A stretch of 64,000 nucleotides of DNA from a virus (Duplodnaviria; Caudoviricetes). A program made the position numbers and the translations under genes. Location of the stretch: IMG/VR virus record IMGVR_UViG_3300050821_000708, positions 946 through 64,945 of that record; one strand, 5' to 3'. The notes beneath the pieces were generated by a model, which made no database searches, was not told the origin of the DNA, and worked only from the letters and a program-made list of their open reading frames with translations. Positions within the stretch are counted from its first letter, which is position 1; the number at the start of each line of letters is the position of its first letter. Positions 47,411-57,981 of this stretch are shown here, piece after piece.

Positions 47411-50028
47411 CAGCCGCCCGTCCCACCTGTGTTGTCGTTGGCGACGATACTCGCGTCGTCGGAGGAGAACGGAGACATCGTGACGGTGATCGTCTCCACG
47501 CCGCCCTGCTCCACCACCTTCACCGAGTCCAACTTCTGTGTCGTCTGTACCGGGCGAAGGCCCTTCACGCAACGAACCGGGATGACGACACCGGGGACCA
47601 ACTGCTGGAACGAGATGGGGGTGTCCGGGTTGAGACTGGTGCCATCGGGGATACGGACCAGCACAGGCGGCGGATACCTGTCAGCGATGGCCGACTCAGC
47701 CGAGGATTGCCATCCAGAGATCGCAGCGGTCAGACCGTCTCGGGTGTACGTGCCCGTGCTCGCGGTACTGCCGGAAGTCCAGTCGCTTCCCAGCACCTCG
47801 ATAAGCCCGTAGACGGGATCTGCGCCATCGCTGTTGAGCCGGTTGGCATCCCCGTGATTGCCCTGCCCATCACCCACCGAGTACAGGTTCGCTGCACTCA
47901 TGCCGTACTCCGACACGATGGGACTGCTCCCGAGATGATCGTCGGTGAACTCGGGCAGCGTTCCGATGCGGTGCTTGCCAGACCACAGCAGGATCGAGCG
48001 ACCGACCACGGTGTAGTCGAGCCCCGCGTTGGCTGCCATGTCGTCAATCTCCTCAAACGCGGTACGCGTCCAGCCCGGAGTTGAGCGGTACTCCATGGTG
48101 TCGTCGTCACGCACGAGAGGGTTGAGGTAGGCCAGCACGTTGGGGTCGTCTGGAGCCATGACGTTCTGGAGCACGCGAGTAGCCCGGGAGACAACTGTGT
48201 CTCCGTGTCCGGCACCAGAGTCGTTCATGTCCTGCTTGAGGATGCGTCGGTACGGGTAGGCCATCACGTCCTTGGCGTTGATCGTGACCTGTGTGGTTTC
48301 CCAGATGGGCTGAGTGATCGGACCTTCCCAGACGCGCTCCACCGAGTAGCCGTTGTCACGGAAAATGACGATCTCGTACGCCCACGACTCCAAAGAGCCG
48401 AGCAACTTGCCACAATCGACTGACCAGTTCTGAACGATGACTTGGGCCGTGGACATGTCATCGCGAACTCGGGCATAGTCAACGTAGGTGACACCGGTGA
48501 TCTCCCCAGCACGCACCGTACCCCCGCGACGGTAGACGAACACCCGGTGCGTACCGCAACCCAGCGTTGCCCCGTCGATGGTGGAAGAGGGAATCGGCTT
48601 GACGCCACCAGAGCCCACGGCAGGCACGACCCAGAACTGTGCCGGAATCATCCAATCCGAGGCCGTCCCAGCGGTGTCCACGGCCCGCACGCGCCACTCG
48701 TAGGCGGTCGTGGCTGCCACGGTGAAGTAGGACGAGAGCAGAAGTGTGGTCGAGGCAGTGTCCTCATCCACCAGCGTGGTCCACGTGGACGCACCCACGA
48801 CCCGGAACTGAATAGTTCGGTGGGCTTGAGCCAGTGGCGGGTTCTTCGCGTTGCGGTACTGGTAGGACAGTGTGATCGGGTAGTCCACCGGGTAGGCATT
48901 GCGCCCCTTCGGACTGAGCGCCAGCGGAGCCGGGACAGCGGTGAGCACCGTGACGATGATCGGGTCCGACCACGGGGAGGTGTTGCTCGCGGGAGTCGTG
49001 GTGGTGTCATAGTTCCCGTCCGTACTACCGAACGGGCGCTCAGAAGTTGGGAACGGATGACCATAGTCGAACGTGCGGCAACGCAACTGCCACGTGCCAG
49101 TAGGCAAGAACATGACGGACGGTGTGCCGTCGTTGTCCCCACCCTGCATGGTGAGGTTGCCGGTGGCCAGCGCCGATTCCATGGCCGAGGTGTCATCGTT
49201 GTTGATCGAGCCAGCGATGAACCAACTGCGCCCGGGGATACTGCTCAACTGGTTGACGACCAACTGAGACCACGAAGGGTTTGGGTTGTCGCTGGTCGGT
49301 CGAGCCGCGTACTGAATCTCAATACCAGAGGCGTCAGTGTAGGCCGGAGTCGTACCACCGAATACAGCGTCAGGGTCCTGTGGCGCGAACGAGAACGTGA
49401 TCGCGTCCCCAGCAGAGCGGACAGTGCCACTGGCCGGAGCGGTGATGATCGGCTTGCTCGGAGTCCGGTTCGTCCACAGTGAGATCGCACGTCCAGTGGT
49501 GTCCGGCGACGTGATCGGAGTGTCATTGGACAGGCTCGGGCTGGACGACCAGTCTGCGATGGCCGTGGGAACAGCAAGCACCCAGTACTTTGTGTTCGGT
49601 GTCAGATTCTCAGCGAACGGGCCTTGAATCTTGTAGGTCTGTGTGCCCGTGGTGGTCCGGTAGGCGCTGGCTCGAAAGACCCGAATCGCGTTGTACCGAT
49701 GCAGGTTGAAAATACCACCGACAAGCCCCGCATTCAGGATTTGACTCGGGGTCGGTGTGCTCCCGGGGAACAGGGACGCCGGAGCGAGGAAAACTGAGAC
49801 AGTCAGTTTCTTTCCGGGGTTTCCAGAAACATCACCCGGACTCATGGTGACAGGAGCGCTGACGAGGATCGAGTTGTACCCGTGCGTAGCAGGGTCAAAC
49901 TTGTACTGGAGCCGGGTTACGCCCTGCACGTCCACACTGCCCGCAGAGGCAAGGTGGTAGACATCCGGGGCCGGACCACGAGCCGGATCGTAGCCGGTGA
50001 CGAGGCCGTCAGCAGACCATGAAGGCAT
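47410..50028 (-). CDS. minor tail protein (hub/baseplate-like, with N-terminal Ig/FN3-like domains)
   Basis: 872 aa; LGCG.HRV.V..RGG, R.RDD.S.A, RVWEGPI, YEWRVRAVD. Confidence 0.8.
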   Translation of the reverse strand: MPSWSADGLVTGYDPARGPAPDVYHLASAGSVDVQGVTRLQYKFDPATHGYNSILVSAPVTMSPGDVSGNPGKKLTVSVFLAPASLFPGSTPTPSQILNAGLVGGIFNLHRYNAIRVFRASAYRTTTGTQTYKIQGPFAENLTPNTKYWVLAVPTAIADWSSSPSLSNDTPITSPDTTGRAISLWTNRTPSKPIITAPASGTVRSAGDAITFSFAPQDPDAVFGGTTPAYTDASGIEIQYAARPTSDNPNPSWSQLVVNQLSSIPGRSWFIAGSINNDDTSAMESALATGNLTMQGGDNDGTPSVMFLPTGTWQLRCRTFDYGHPFPTSERPFGSTDGNYDTTTTPASNTSPWSDPIIVTVLTAVPAPLALSPKGRNAYPVDYPITLSYQYRNAKNPPLAQAHRTIQFRVVGASTWTTLVDEDTASTTLLLSSYFTVAATTAYEWRVRAVDTAGTASDWMIPAQFWVVPAVGSGGVKPIPSSTIDGATLGCGTHRVFVYRRGGTVRAGEITGVTYVDYARVRDDMSTAQVIVQNWSVDCGKLLGSLESWAYEIVIFRDNGYSVERVWEGPITQPIWETTQVTINAKDVMAYPYRRILKQDMNDSGAGHGDTVVSRATRVLQNVMAPDDPNVLAYLNPLVRDDDTMEYRSTPGWTRTAFEEIDDMAANAGLDYTVVGRSILLWSGKHRIGTLPEFTDDHLGSSPIVSEYGMSAANLYSVGDGQGNHGDANRLNSDGADPVYGLIEVLGSDWTSGSTASTGTYTRDGLTAAISGWQSSAESAIADRYPPPVLVRIPDGTSLNPDTPISFQQLVPGVVIPVRCVKGLRPVQTTQKLDSVKVVEQGGVETITVTMSPFSSDDASIVANDNTGGTGG

Positions 50029-50040
50029 GAACGGCTCCTA

Positions 50041-51285
50041 TCAGTCAGACTTCGGCACGAGGGAGAGACTGGTCTCCACCACGCTAGACCCACCGGCCAT
50101 CGCACCACTGAACGCATCCAGCGTCACCAGCAGGCCATCAGGGTCATTGAATGCGGTCCACTCTACCGGGCCACCGTCAGGGCTGTAGACGAGACTGTCA
50201 GCGCGTCGTACGACCGGACTGATGCCGTCCCAGATGTAGGCGACCTTCTGCTCGGAGTCGATGACGAACTGCTGACCGGCAGGGATGTACTCGATGACTG
50301 CGCTGAACAGGGGGTCACACTGGTCATCCGACGCCGACGCCCACGGCCAGATCGAGACACGAACGGTGCGAGCGTCCTCCCACGCATCGAGAGTGAAGAT
50401 CGGAACCACATTCATGGCCGTGGGCTCATCGGGCATGAGCCGAGCCCAGTAGCGAGTGAACACATCCCCGTCCGCGATGGCCCAGCCAGCGGGAAGGATA
50501 TCCGGTGCGGTCGGAGGAGTCACCAGCGCCGGGTACAACGGGTCATAGACAGGCGTGTAGTCGTACTCCGGGCATCCGGTCTCAGTGATGGTCAGAAGGC
50601 CGCTAGAGACGAGCGTAGGGCCTGTGACGACACAATCTGAACCGTCGCAGCCCAGCCCGACTATCTGATCGGCTGCTTCTCCGTACTCGTACGGGTCGGC
50701 AGCGGTCAGCGTGAAGGTAGCGAACCACGTCGAGGAGCAGTCGTTGATCCGCTTACGCGTGACCGAGGTGCCCCGGGTGATGCGTACGTCACGACGGTGA
50801 ATCAGCGGCGAGCCTACCTCTGCATAGCGGTAGTAGTGCAGCACCCCACCCGAGCAAGACAGACTGGCTCCAGAGCCCTTGAGTTGTCGGTTCATCCACC
50901 GCAGGCCGAACTCGGCTCCTGCCTCACTGCTGGCGACGATGGCCACACTGGCGACGATGGCCTGAGTGGCGTTGCGCGACTTGCCGGAGTGACCACCATC
51001 GGTGATGTACTCGGTCACGACACTGGTCAGTGAGGAGTCGTCCAGCCCCTGCATCGACAGGGGGATGACACCAGCGAACTGCATCGAGGGCGGGTAGCCA
51101 GCGTCGTACCACGGCGCATAGGTGATGTCCGCGTAGTGGCTGCTGTCGAGGGTGTCCTCCAGCCACTGCGTCTGGTCCGGGGTGATCCACAGCGTGTCGA
51201 TACCCAGCGTCTCAGCCAGTTGGACCGAGCGCGCGATGTTGCACAACTCAGTGCCATTGAAGGAGAGAAAACCATCGGTAGCCAT
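50041..51285 (-). CDS. minor tail protein (distal-tail-like)
   Basis: Immediately after the tape measure gene; GFL.F.G.E..N..R, APWYD, F.L.A.DP..YG. Confidence 0.8.
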   Translation of the reverse strand: MATDGFLSFNGTELCNIARSVQLAETLGIDTLWITPDQTQWLEDTLDSSHYADITYAPWYDAGYPPSMQFAGVIPLSMQGLDDSSLTSVVTEYITDGGHSGKSRNATQAIVASVAIVASSEAGAEFGLRWMNRQLKGSGASLSCSGGVLHYYRYAEVGSPLIHRRDVRITRGTSVTRKRINDCSSTWFATFTLTAADPYEYGEAADQIVGLGCDGSDCVVTGPTLVSSGLLTITETGCPEYDYTPVYDPLYPALVTPPTAPDILPAGWAIADGDVFTRYWARLMPDEPTAMNVVPIFTLDAWEDARTVRVSIWPWASASDDQCDPLFSAVIEYIPAGQQFVIDSEQKVAYIWDGISPVVRRADSLVYSPDGGPVEWTAFNDPDGLLVTLDAFSGAMAGGSSVVETSLSLVPKSD

Positions 51286-51286
51286 G

Positions 51287-54200
51287 TCACAGTCTCCCGA
51301 CTATCTCGTTGACGACCTCGTGAGCGACAGCCACCGGGTCAGCGGTCGAAGTCTCGACGTTGATCTCGACGTGGGGTCCCGAGTTTCCAGAAACCGTAGC
51401 AGGCTGCTGGCGGGATGCCGCGTACGCCGCGACCTCCTTGCTCGGGGCGATCCGACCGAACAGGTTGCTGGCAGCGTTGTCGATCTTGGCCTTCTGGTTG
51501 TTGAGGCCGATCACGCCACCATCACCGACGTGATCCATCATGTCGATCATCACCGTGGACGGGGAGTGGATACCCAGCGACTTCTTCACCGCAGCCGCGA
51601 TGGCGTTACCCAGAGCGGTCGCAGCGGTGTCCAACTGCTTGGACATGCTGGTGAGGCCGTCTACCAGACCCTGAGCCGCATCCACACCCGCCTGATACAG
51701 CCGGTTGGAGGTCTCCACGCCCAACTGACCAGCGATGGTGTTGATCTGACCGACCAGTCCGTTGGTCTGCGAGACCGCGCCGACGCCACCATTGACAAGG
51801 GCTTGGGCGTACGCGCCACCCTGATCCACACCAGCGTCCACGATCTGCTTGTAGGCGTCGTTGGACAGACCCTCGGCCAGCAGGATCTTGAGGTTCTTCT
51901 GGAACGTCTGGATCTGCGTCAACTTGGCTTGCAGGTTCGTGGTGATGTCGGTGGCCGTCAGCGCCTGTGCGATGCCGTTGACCGTCTGGGCCTGCGCGGT
52001 GATCAGTGAGGCGAACGACTTCACCGCATCCGATACCGAGGTGCTGTACTGGTCACGCAACGAGATCGCGGCAGCCAACTTCTGGTTCGCTACCGTGAGC
52101 GCAGCAGCGATGGACTGACGGGCGTTCGCGTAGTCAGCCAGCGAGCCGTTGTACTTCTTGAGCACATCCAGCACGTGAGCGTACTGCGACAGGATCTGGT
52201 CTGGCGACTGGTTGCTGGTGTCGCCCAGCGGCTTGAGCAGGGTGTTCACCCACGCCATGGTGACCTTCTGCTTGTTCAACGCCGCGATCTCAAGATTGAG
52301 AGTCTTCTGGGCCTTGAGAGCAGCGGCGAGATCACGCTGGGCGCCCTTGACCTTCGCCAGCGCCGCAGCAGCGGCCTTGGCCGACGACGCGCTGGCGAGA
52401 CTCTGAGCCGCGCTGGACAACGCCGACTGCGCCGTGTTCACCAACTGAGCCGCCGACGTGGCGATGTTCTGCGTGAGCGTGTTGATCTGCGTGGCAACGT
52501 CGCCACCCGAGGCAGCCTTGGAGATCGATGCAAGAGCCTGCGCGATCTGCTTGTTCTGCGACAGGATCGCGTTCTTGATCTGGGCAGCCACGGACGGACC
52601 CTGAGCGAGGAGTGCGTTCGCGTAGCCCGCGTAGGGGTTCTGGTACTGGCCTGCACCCGGGGCCTTCTGAGTGCCATACGCAGACGGCGGAGGTGCAAGG
52701 TAGCCGACACCACCCCCACCACCTCCGGCGTGGATCTCCTTGAGGATCTTGCCTGCGTCAATCTTCGGGGCGTTCGGGAGCGCCTTGGACAGATCAGCCA
52801 GTCCGGGGATGACACCACTGAGGGTGCCCACGAGACTGTTGAGTTCCTGCTGGGCCGCGTACGCGAAGCCACCGGTCTTGGCCAACTCGTTGTTGATGTT
52901 AACCAGAGCAGTCGGAGTCAGGTTGTTGTCAGCCGTGTTAAGCAGCGCTTGGAAATCACTGTTGGACAAGTTCAACTGATCACGGACGATGAGCAGGTAG
53001 TTGTGCAGGTTGTTGAGCATCGCTCCGGCTGTGTCGGTCTGGAAGCCCATCTGCTGCATCGCCGCCGCGAGGTCTACCGCACCAGCCCTTGCTCGCGCCT
53101 GAGCGAAGGTCAACTGGTCCCATCCGTCAGTGTTGATGCCCAACTGACCAGCCTGCTGGATCAACGTCTGTCGCAACTGAGGCAACTCATTGTTCAACTC
53201 GGTAGCAGCCGCTGACACACTCACAATCTGGTCGAACGACAACTTGCCGCCAGCCTTGAGTGTGTTCATGGCAGCGGCGACACCGACAGTCTTGTCTGCG
53301 AGCGCGGAGAATGCCTGCGCCATCTGACCAGCCTTGGCTGAATTAAGGGACGCGTTGAAGTCGTCCAGTGCCTTCTTCGCGTCGGCGGCGCGCTTCTCAA
53401 ACCCGAACAGAGTCGTTCCCATGAACGTCACAGCGGCGGCAGCGTAAGCCACCGGGCTCGCCGGACCTCCAAGAGCGAGAAACGCGCCCCCAGCGGCAGC
53501 GGCAGCGCCACCAATGATCGCGAGATCGCTTGCGCCCTTGTGGGTAGCCAAAGCCAACCCACCAATCGCCACGCCGACTCCAATAGCCTTGGTGGCGAAT
53601 GACCCGAAACTCGCTGCCGCACCCATCAACTGGATGGAGTTCATCTCTGCCATCGCCACGGCAGCCGCCTTCACAGCGGGGCCGAACTTGAGGAAGGCAA
53701 TCGTCGCGAGACCGATACCGCCGACCATGGCCTGCACCGGCCCGGGGAGAACCTGCAAGACCGCAGCGAACTGCTGGAACAGCGCGACCAATGGCCCCAG
53801 AGCACTGACGATGACCTTGATGGCAGGGGTGAGGATCTGCAAGATCGTAGACAGGGTTTCCAGAATCCCGACGATGATCTGCATGGACCCATCGCTCACC
53901 AGCGCGTGGAAGAACCCACCAAGAGCCCCGAGCGTCTCACCCAACGACTGGGCGAACGTCTTGGCCCGGGCGAACCAAGCCTCCATCTCACCACCAGCGA
54001 TGCGACGACGGAAGTTGTCGATAGCCGAAGACAGCCCGTCGAAGATCGAGTTACCGGCCTTCTGACCAGACGGGCTGAACAGCACATCGCTGAGCAGCCC
54101 ACCAAACTGAGTCACAAACCCCCACAGCGACTTGAGGGATACCAGAGCACGATCAGTGAAGTCCACGATGGCGTTGTGACCGGACGCCGAAGTGGCCCAC

Positions 54201-55726
54201 TTGGCGAACTTGGTAGCGATGTCATCGAGGTAGAAGCCGAAGTCACGTACGAAGGGCATCAGACTCGCGAAGATCCCGGCGAAGGCGTTGGCGAACTTCC
54301 CCAGAGCGTTGGAGAACGTGACCGTGATAATCGGCAGGAGACTCGACAGTGAAGTATCCAACTGCTGGAAGCCCTTGCCACTGAATGCCTTGGTGAAGGC
54401 GTCTCCAGCCTCAGCCAGCGCCGGACCCATCCGACGTACCAAAGGCTCAGTGAGGACGAGAGCGTCGGTGAGGTTCTTGCTCCACGTCTTGGTGGCAGGC
54501 AGCAGCGACTGATCGAGAACCTGACCGATCCCCTTGAACTCGTCGCGTAGGGGCATGAAGTTCGCCTTGAGTACCTTCTTCTGCGCGTTGTCCAACGACA
54601 CGAAGGCGGTAACCACCAGTCCTGCGCTGACAGCGAAGGCTGCCATGGACGCGCCAGCGACGATCAGAGCCCCTGTCAGGCCAGAGGTGATCGTGGCAAC
54701 CATCGCCGTGATAGCCCCACCCAGACCGGAGACAGTGGTGATCAGCAGGGACAGCACGGTCGTAAGGGCACCTACCGCGACAGCGCCACCAGCGGCTCCG
54801 TGGATGATCTTGGTGAAGGCATTGTCGCCACCACCGCCAGCAGCGCTGAGGGCACCCGTCAACTTCTCCACAGCGGTGACCGCGCCACCGAGACCTTGGA
54901 ACAGTGCGTTGAAGATACCGGCACCGAACAGGGTGGCACCGATGCCGCTAATCGAGCCACCGATGCCGCCAGCCTGTGCGCCGTTGTTCTTCTTGGTCAA
55001 CTGCTCGGCTGCCCGGAGACGGTCAGCGTCAAACTTGGCGTTCATCCGGGCGGCAAGATCGAGAGTTCCGAGCCATTTGCGATCAGCGAGATCCCGGTCA
55101 GCGTCGAACTTGGCATTCATCCGCTGGGCACTGTCTAGCATCGACAGCCACTGCCGACCATAGGCGTCGGCCTTCTCCAGCGAAGCGAGGTGATCAGCGT
55201 CGTACTTCGCATTCGCTGTCGCTGCTCGTTCCAGCAGGGCGTCGTCCGGGTTTCGCGAAGGGAACTGACGACTGCTACTGACGCCACTACCGATGGAGTT
55301 TCCAGAAACCTTGGCCCGGTCGAGCATGTTCTCGACATCGGTCATCGCGTTGGCAACGATCAGTTCCAGCCGGTTCCCGAGCGTGTCACTGATACCAGCC
55401 AGCAGGCGGTCTACGAAACTGTTGGAGTTGTTGGAGTCGAGCGCAGACTTGAACTCGCGGCTGAATCCGATGCCGGACTCGTTACCGGCTTCCTCCATGC
55501 GGGTCTTCCAGCCCTTGCCGACGTTATCGCTGATGCGATCCATCCGGTCATTGCTGGTGGAGTCGAAGCCCTCGCTGTAGCGGTTACCGTGATCCTCACC
55601 GGCCTTCTCAACGCCGGGACCAGCCTTTTCGACCTGCGCAACGATGTCTTCATTGATCCCGTCGCCGTCAACTGTGATCTTGACAACGCCATCACCGACG
55701 TTGGGGCCGGTCCCACGTGTGGTCAC
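51287..55726 (-). CDS. tape measure protein
   Basis: 1479 aa, Ala/Gly-rich helical and hydrophobic segments, C-terminal LGIHSPS motif; follows the chaperone genes. Confidence 0.95.
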   Translation of the reverse strand: MTTRGTGPNVGDGVVKITVDGDGINEDIVAQVEKAGPGVEKAGEDHGNRYSEGFDSTSNDRMDRISDNVGKGWKTRMEEAGNESGIGFSREFKSALDSNNSNSFVDRLLAGISDTLGNRLELIVANAMTDVENMLDRAKVSGNSIGSGVSSSRQFPSRNPDDALLERAATANAKYDADHLASLEKADAYGRQWLSMLDSAQRMNAKFDADRDLADRKWLGTLDLAARMNAKFDADRLRAAEQLTKKNNGAQAGGIGGSISGIGATLFGAGIFNALFQGLGGAVTAVEKLTGALSAAGGGGDNAFTKIIHGAAGGAVAVGALTTVLSLLITTVSGLGGAITAMVATITSGLTGALIVAGASMAAFAVSAGLVVTAFVSLDNAQKKVLKANFMPLRDEFKGIGQVLDQSLLPATKTWSKNLTDALVLTEPLVRRMGPALAEAGDAFTKAFSGKGFQQLDTSLSSLLPIITVTFSNALGKFANAFAGIFASLMPFVRDFGFYLDDIATKFAKWATSASGHNAIVDFTDRALVSLKSLWGFVTQFGGLLSDVLFSPSGQKAGNSIFDGLSSAIDNFRRRIAGGEMEAWFARAKTFAQSLGETLGALGGFFHALVSDGSMQIIVGILETLSTILQILTPAIKVIVSALGPLVALFQQFAAVLQVLPGPVQAMVGGIGLATIAFLKFGPAVKAAAVAMAEMNSIQLMGAAASFGSFATKAIGVGVAIGGLALATHKGASDLAIIGGAAAAAGGAFLALGGPASPVAYAAAAVTFMGTTLFGFEKRAADAKKALDDFNASLNSAKAGQMAQAFSALADKTVGVAAAMNTLKAGGKLSFDQIVSVSAAATELNNELPQLRQTLIQQAGQLGINTDGWDQLTFAQARARAGAVDLAAAMQQMGFQTDTAGAMLNNLHNYLLIVRDQLNLSNSDFQALLNTADNNLTPTALVNINNELAKTGGFAYAAQQELNSLVGTLSGVIPGLADLSKALPNAPKIDAGKILKEIHAGGGGGGVGYLAPPPSAYGTQKAPGAGQYQNPYAGYANALLAQGPSVAAQIKNAILSQNKQIAQALASISKAASGGDVATQINTLTQNIATSAAQLVNTAQSALSSAAQSLASASSAKAAAAALAKVKGAQRDLAAALKAQKTLNLEIAALNKQKVTMAWVNTLLKPLGDTSNQSPDQILSQYAHVLDVLKKYNGSLADYANARQSIAAALTVANQKLAAAISLRDQYSTSVSDAVKSFASLITAQAQTVNGIAQALTATDITTNLQAKLTQIQTFQKNLKILLAEGLSNDAYKQIVDAGVDQGGAYAQALVNGGVGAVSQTNGLVGQINTIAGQLGVETSNRLYQAGVDAAQGLVDGLTSMSKQLDTAATALGNAIAAAVKKSLGIHSPSTVMIDMMDHVGDGGVIGLNNQKAKIDNAASNLFGRIAPSKEVAAYAASRQQPATVSGNSGPHVEINVETSTADPVAVAHEVVNEIVGRL

Positions 55727-55729
55727 GGG

Positions 55730-56020
55730 CTAGCCACCTCTCGCCTGAAATGCCATGAACGACTCCGATTCTAGGTCAACCGCCGACGCACTGGACGAAT
55801 CCTGCCATGGTAGCGGGTCGTTCAGATCACGGAGCCATTCTTGCAGATCATCAGGCGGGATACGCTCCTTCACCCAAGTGAAGACTAGTCCGATGAATCG
55901 GTGGGGCTGCTGTCGGAGGAGGCCTCCGGGGAGGGCGTAGTAGGCGCTGTCGAGTTCTGACCAGTACTCGGAAGCGATGGTACAGAGCCGGACTGCGGCT
56001 GGGTAGGGCGCGCGAACCAC
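55730..56020 (-). CDS. tail assembly chaperone, frameshifted C-terminal part
   Basis: Overlaps the upstream chaperone ORF in the -1 frame; directly precedes the tape measure gene. Confidence 0.65.
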   Translation of the reverse strand: MVRAPYPAAVRLCTIASEYWSELDSAYYALPGGLLRQQPHRFIGLVFTWVKERIPPDDLQEWLRDLNDPLPWQDSSSASAVDLESESFMAFQARGG

Positions 56021-56337
56021 TCCTCGGAGAGGTACTCGAAAATGCCCTCGATTACCTCCGGCTCCAGCCGGGTCTTGGGGTCACGATCCAGCAGGCGACC
56101 CTCGATGTAGTCGCGATCCTCGGGACGAAGGCACGAGTACATGATGTTCAGGATCGCGGAGAACCGCTGGTCCGAGGACTGGCCTCGACCGAGCGCGGCG
56201 ACCATGAAGATCAACTGACCCGGCGTCGGGTGGTAGGCCACCATCTCGCGGCCATCGAGTGTGAATTCAACTGACGGCTCCTCGCCGGAGTCCGTAGCCT
56301 CGACTTCCTTGACCGCTGAGACAAATTCCTTGACCAT
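55885..56337 (-). CDS. tail assembly chaperone
   Basis: 150 aa; F.LDG.E..A..PT..Q; EYL.EEW.ARPT followed by a Ser/Pro-rich tail. Confidence 0.8.
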   Translation of the reverse strand: MVKEFVSAVKEVEATDSGEEPSVEFTLDGREMVAYHPTPGQLIFMVAALGRGQSSDQRFSAILNIMYSCLRPEDRDYIEGRLLDRDPKTRLEPEVIEGIFEYLSEEWFARPTQPQSGSVPSLPSTGQNSTAPTTPSPEASSDSSPTDSSD

Positions 56338-56386
56338 GGTGCTTCCTAACTATCGCTCGTGGATACCGTCATACCGTAACACATAA

Positions 56387-57406
56387 CTACGTCTTGGCCT
56401 TCGCGTGTACCTCTCGCGACTCCAAGATGCGACGACCATTGTGGACGACGTAGTACTCCACTGTCACGTACCAAGCGCCATTGCGGTAGGTCAGCGTGTC
56501 CGCGTTGACGGTGCCGTACTTCTTCCGCATCACAGCGAGGAAGGCCTGACCGTCCTGACGCCGGACGTTGATCTTCTGAGACCGCTCCAACTTGTGGCGC
56601 TCCCTCCATCGACGCTGACGCTCAGCGTTGGCACGACGTGAGTCCTCCTTGCGCAGGAGGCGACGCTGCTCAGCCAACTTCCCTCGGATGGCCTGACTCT
56701 TGCCAACGAAGTTACCCGGGCCGAGCGTTCCGCTCAGGTCTCGATGAGCCTTCCACGCCTCGTCTCGCCACGCTCGCCATTCCTGCAACTGAGGCAAGAA
56801 CGCGGCCTTCGACAACTCGGTGCTAGCCAGCGCCCGCAGGTCAGACGGGAAGTCATCCATAGCGGCGCTGATCTTCGGGTCGCCCGGAACTTGGTAGGAC
56901 CGCATCCGCATGGCCTCAAACCCGCGCTCCAGACCCTTCTGGAAGAAGTGCTGCCCCGGCTGACCCTTGATCATCACTGGGCGGACAGGGTGATCCGAGC
57001 CCGGGGGAACCCACGAGGCTTCATACAGGTTCGGAGCGCCCCACGCGGTAGGCGGCAGGATCTTGGCCAGATACGGACCACCTCCGCCATAGACGCCTGT
57101 CCCTTGGTCCACATAGACCGCGTACGGGGCCGTAGAGCCCACGGCAGCGTAGACACGGGCTCCGCCAGCGGTGCGCCGATATCGGGGCGTCGTGGAGGTG
57201 ATGGACTCCTTGAGCGGCTTGCCATAGTGCGCCCATCGGGGACGCTTGTTCACCGGAGCCTCGGCCTCGACGCCTCGCTTGGTGGCGTTGGCGAACCGGG
57301 CAGCCCATCCGTAGACAGGTGCCCCGGGCATGAACAGGACTTGGCCGTGCGCCTCTACGACGAAGACAGCGCCCTTGCCGAAGTTCCTTCTCGCTGAGAT
57401 AGGCAT
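56387..57406 (-). CDS. HK97 gp10-like neck/tail-completion protein with basic C-terminal extension
   Basis: EAPV...L..SI...VGS.APYA.YV..GT...V.I.GQ..Q.F...GL. Confidence 0.65.
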   Translation of the reverse strand: MPISARRNFGKGAVFVVEAHGQVLFMPGAPVYGWAARFANATKRGVEAEAPVNKRPRWAHYGKPLKESITSTTPRYRRTAGGARVYAAVGSTAPYAVYVDQGTGVYGGGGPYLAKILPPTAWGAPNLYEASWVPPGSDHPVRPVMIKGQPGQHFFQKGLERGFEAMRMRSYQVPGDPKISAAMDDFPSDLRALASTELSKAAFLPQLQEWRAWRDEAWKAHRDLSGTLGPGNFVGKSQAIRGKLAEQRRLLRKEDSRRANAERQRRWRERHKLERSQKINVRRQDGQAFLAVMRKKYGTVNADTLTYRNGAWYVTVEYYVVHNGRRILESREVHAKAKT

Positions 57407-57419
57407 GGTTTCTGGAAAC

Positions 57420-57938
57420 CTACAGTTCGACCGTGAAGGTCCATGTACCGCCGTACTGGCCACCAAGCGGGCCATGCGGAGTCCATGAGCCGATGTTGAT
57501 GCTCTCCCACGCTTCACAACTCAGAGCGCCGCACTGGATCAGCAGCATGTCAGACATCGACTGCATCGCCGCGACCATCACATCAGACGCCTTGGGTGCC
57601 TCGCCTTCCTCCTCGATGGGGATGCAGCGGACGACGCCAACTTCCAGCCCGAGTCGCAGGAGAGCAGCGCACTGACTCCCGTCGAAGGTTTCGCTGATGG
57701 CGACGGGAGTCACGTCAGTGACGCGCACCCACAACTGGGAGCACGGAGTGTCCTCAGGGCCGCAGTCGTCAGTCTCGTCCCCGGGGTCCGGGTCGAAGGG
57801 GACGTAGGAAGCCCCGATAGTGAGCCCGTATGAGCAGATCCCCTCGATTGCCATTCCGACGCAACCCGTGAAATTCAGCAGGGCATCATGCAGTCGCTCC
57901 TCGGGGGTGATCCCGGTTTCGTCGGAACCGACTGTCAT
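57420..57938 (-). CDS. tail terminator-like protein
   Basis: C.QLWVRV, LEVGVVRC, W.P.GP.GG..GG.W typical of actinophage tail terminators. Confidence 0.7.
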   Translation of the reverse strand: MTVGSDETGITPEERLHDALLNFTGCVGMAIEGICSYGLTIGASYVPFDPDPGDETDDCGPEDTPCSQLWVRVTDVTPVAISETFDGSQCAALLRLGLEVGVVRCIPIEEEGEAPKASDVMVAAMQSMSDMLLIQCGALSCEAWESINIGSWTPHGPLGGQYGGTWTFTVEL

Positions 57939-57981
57939 GGCAAACCTATCTGTACGTGGAACCCCAGTGTATTGAGGCGGA

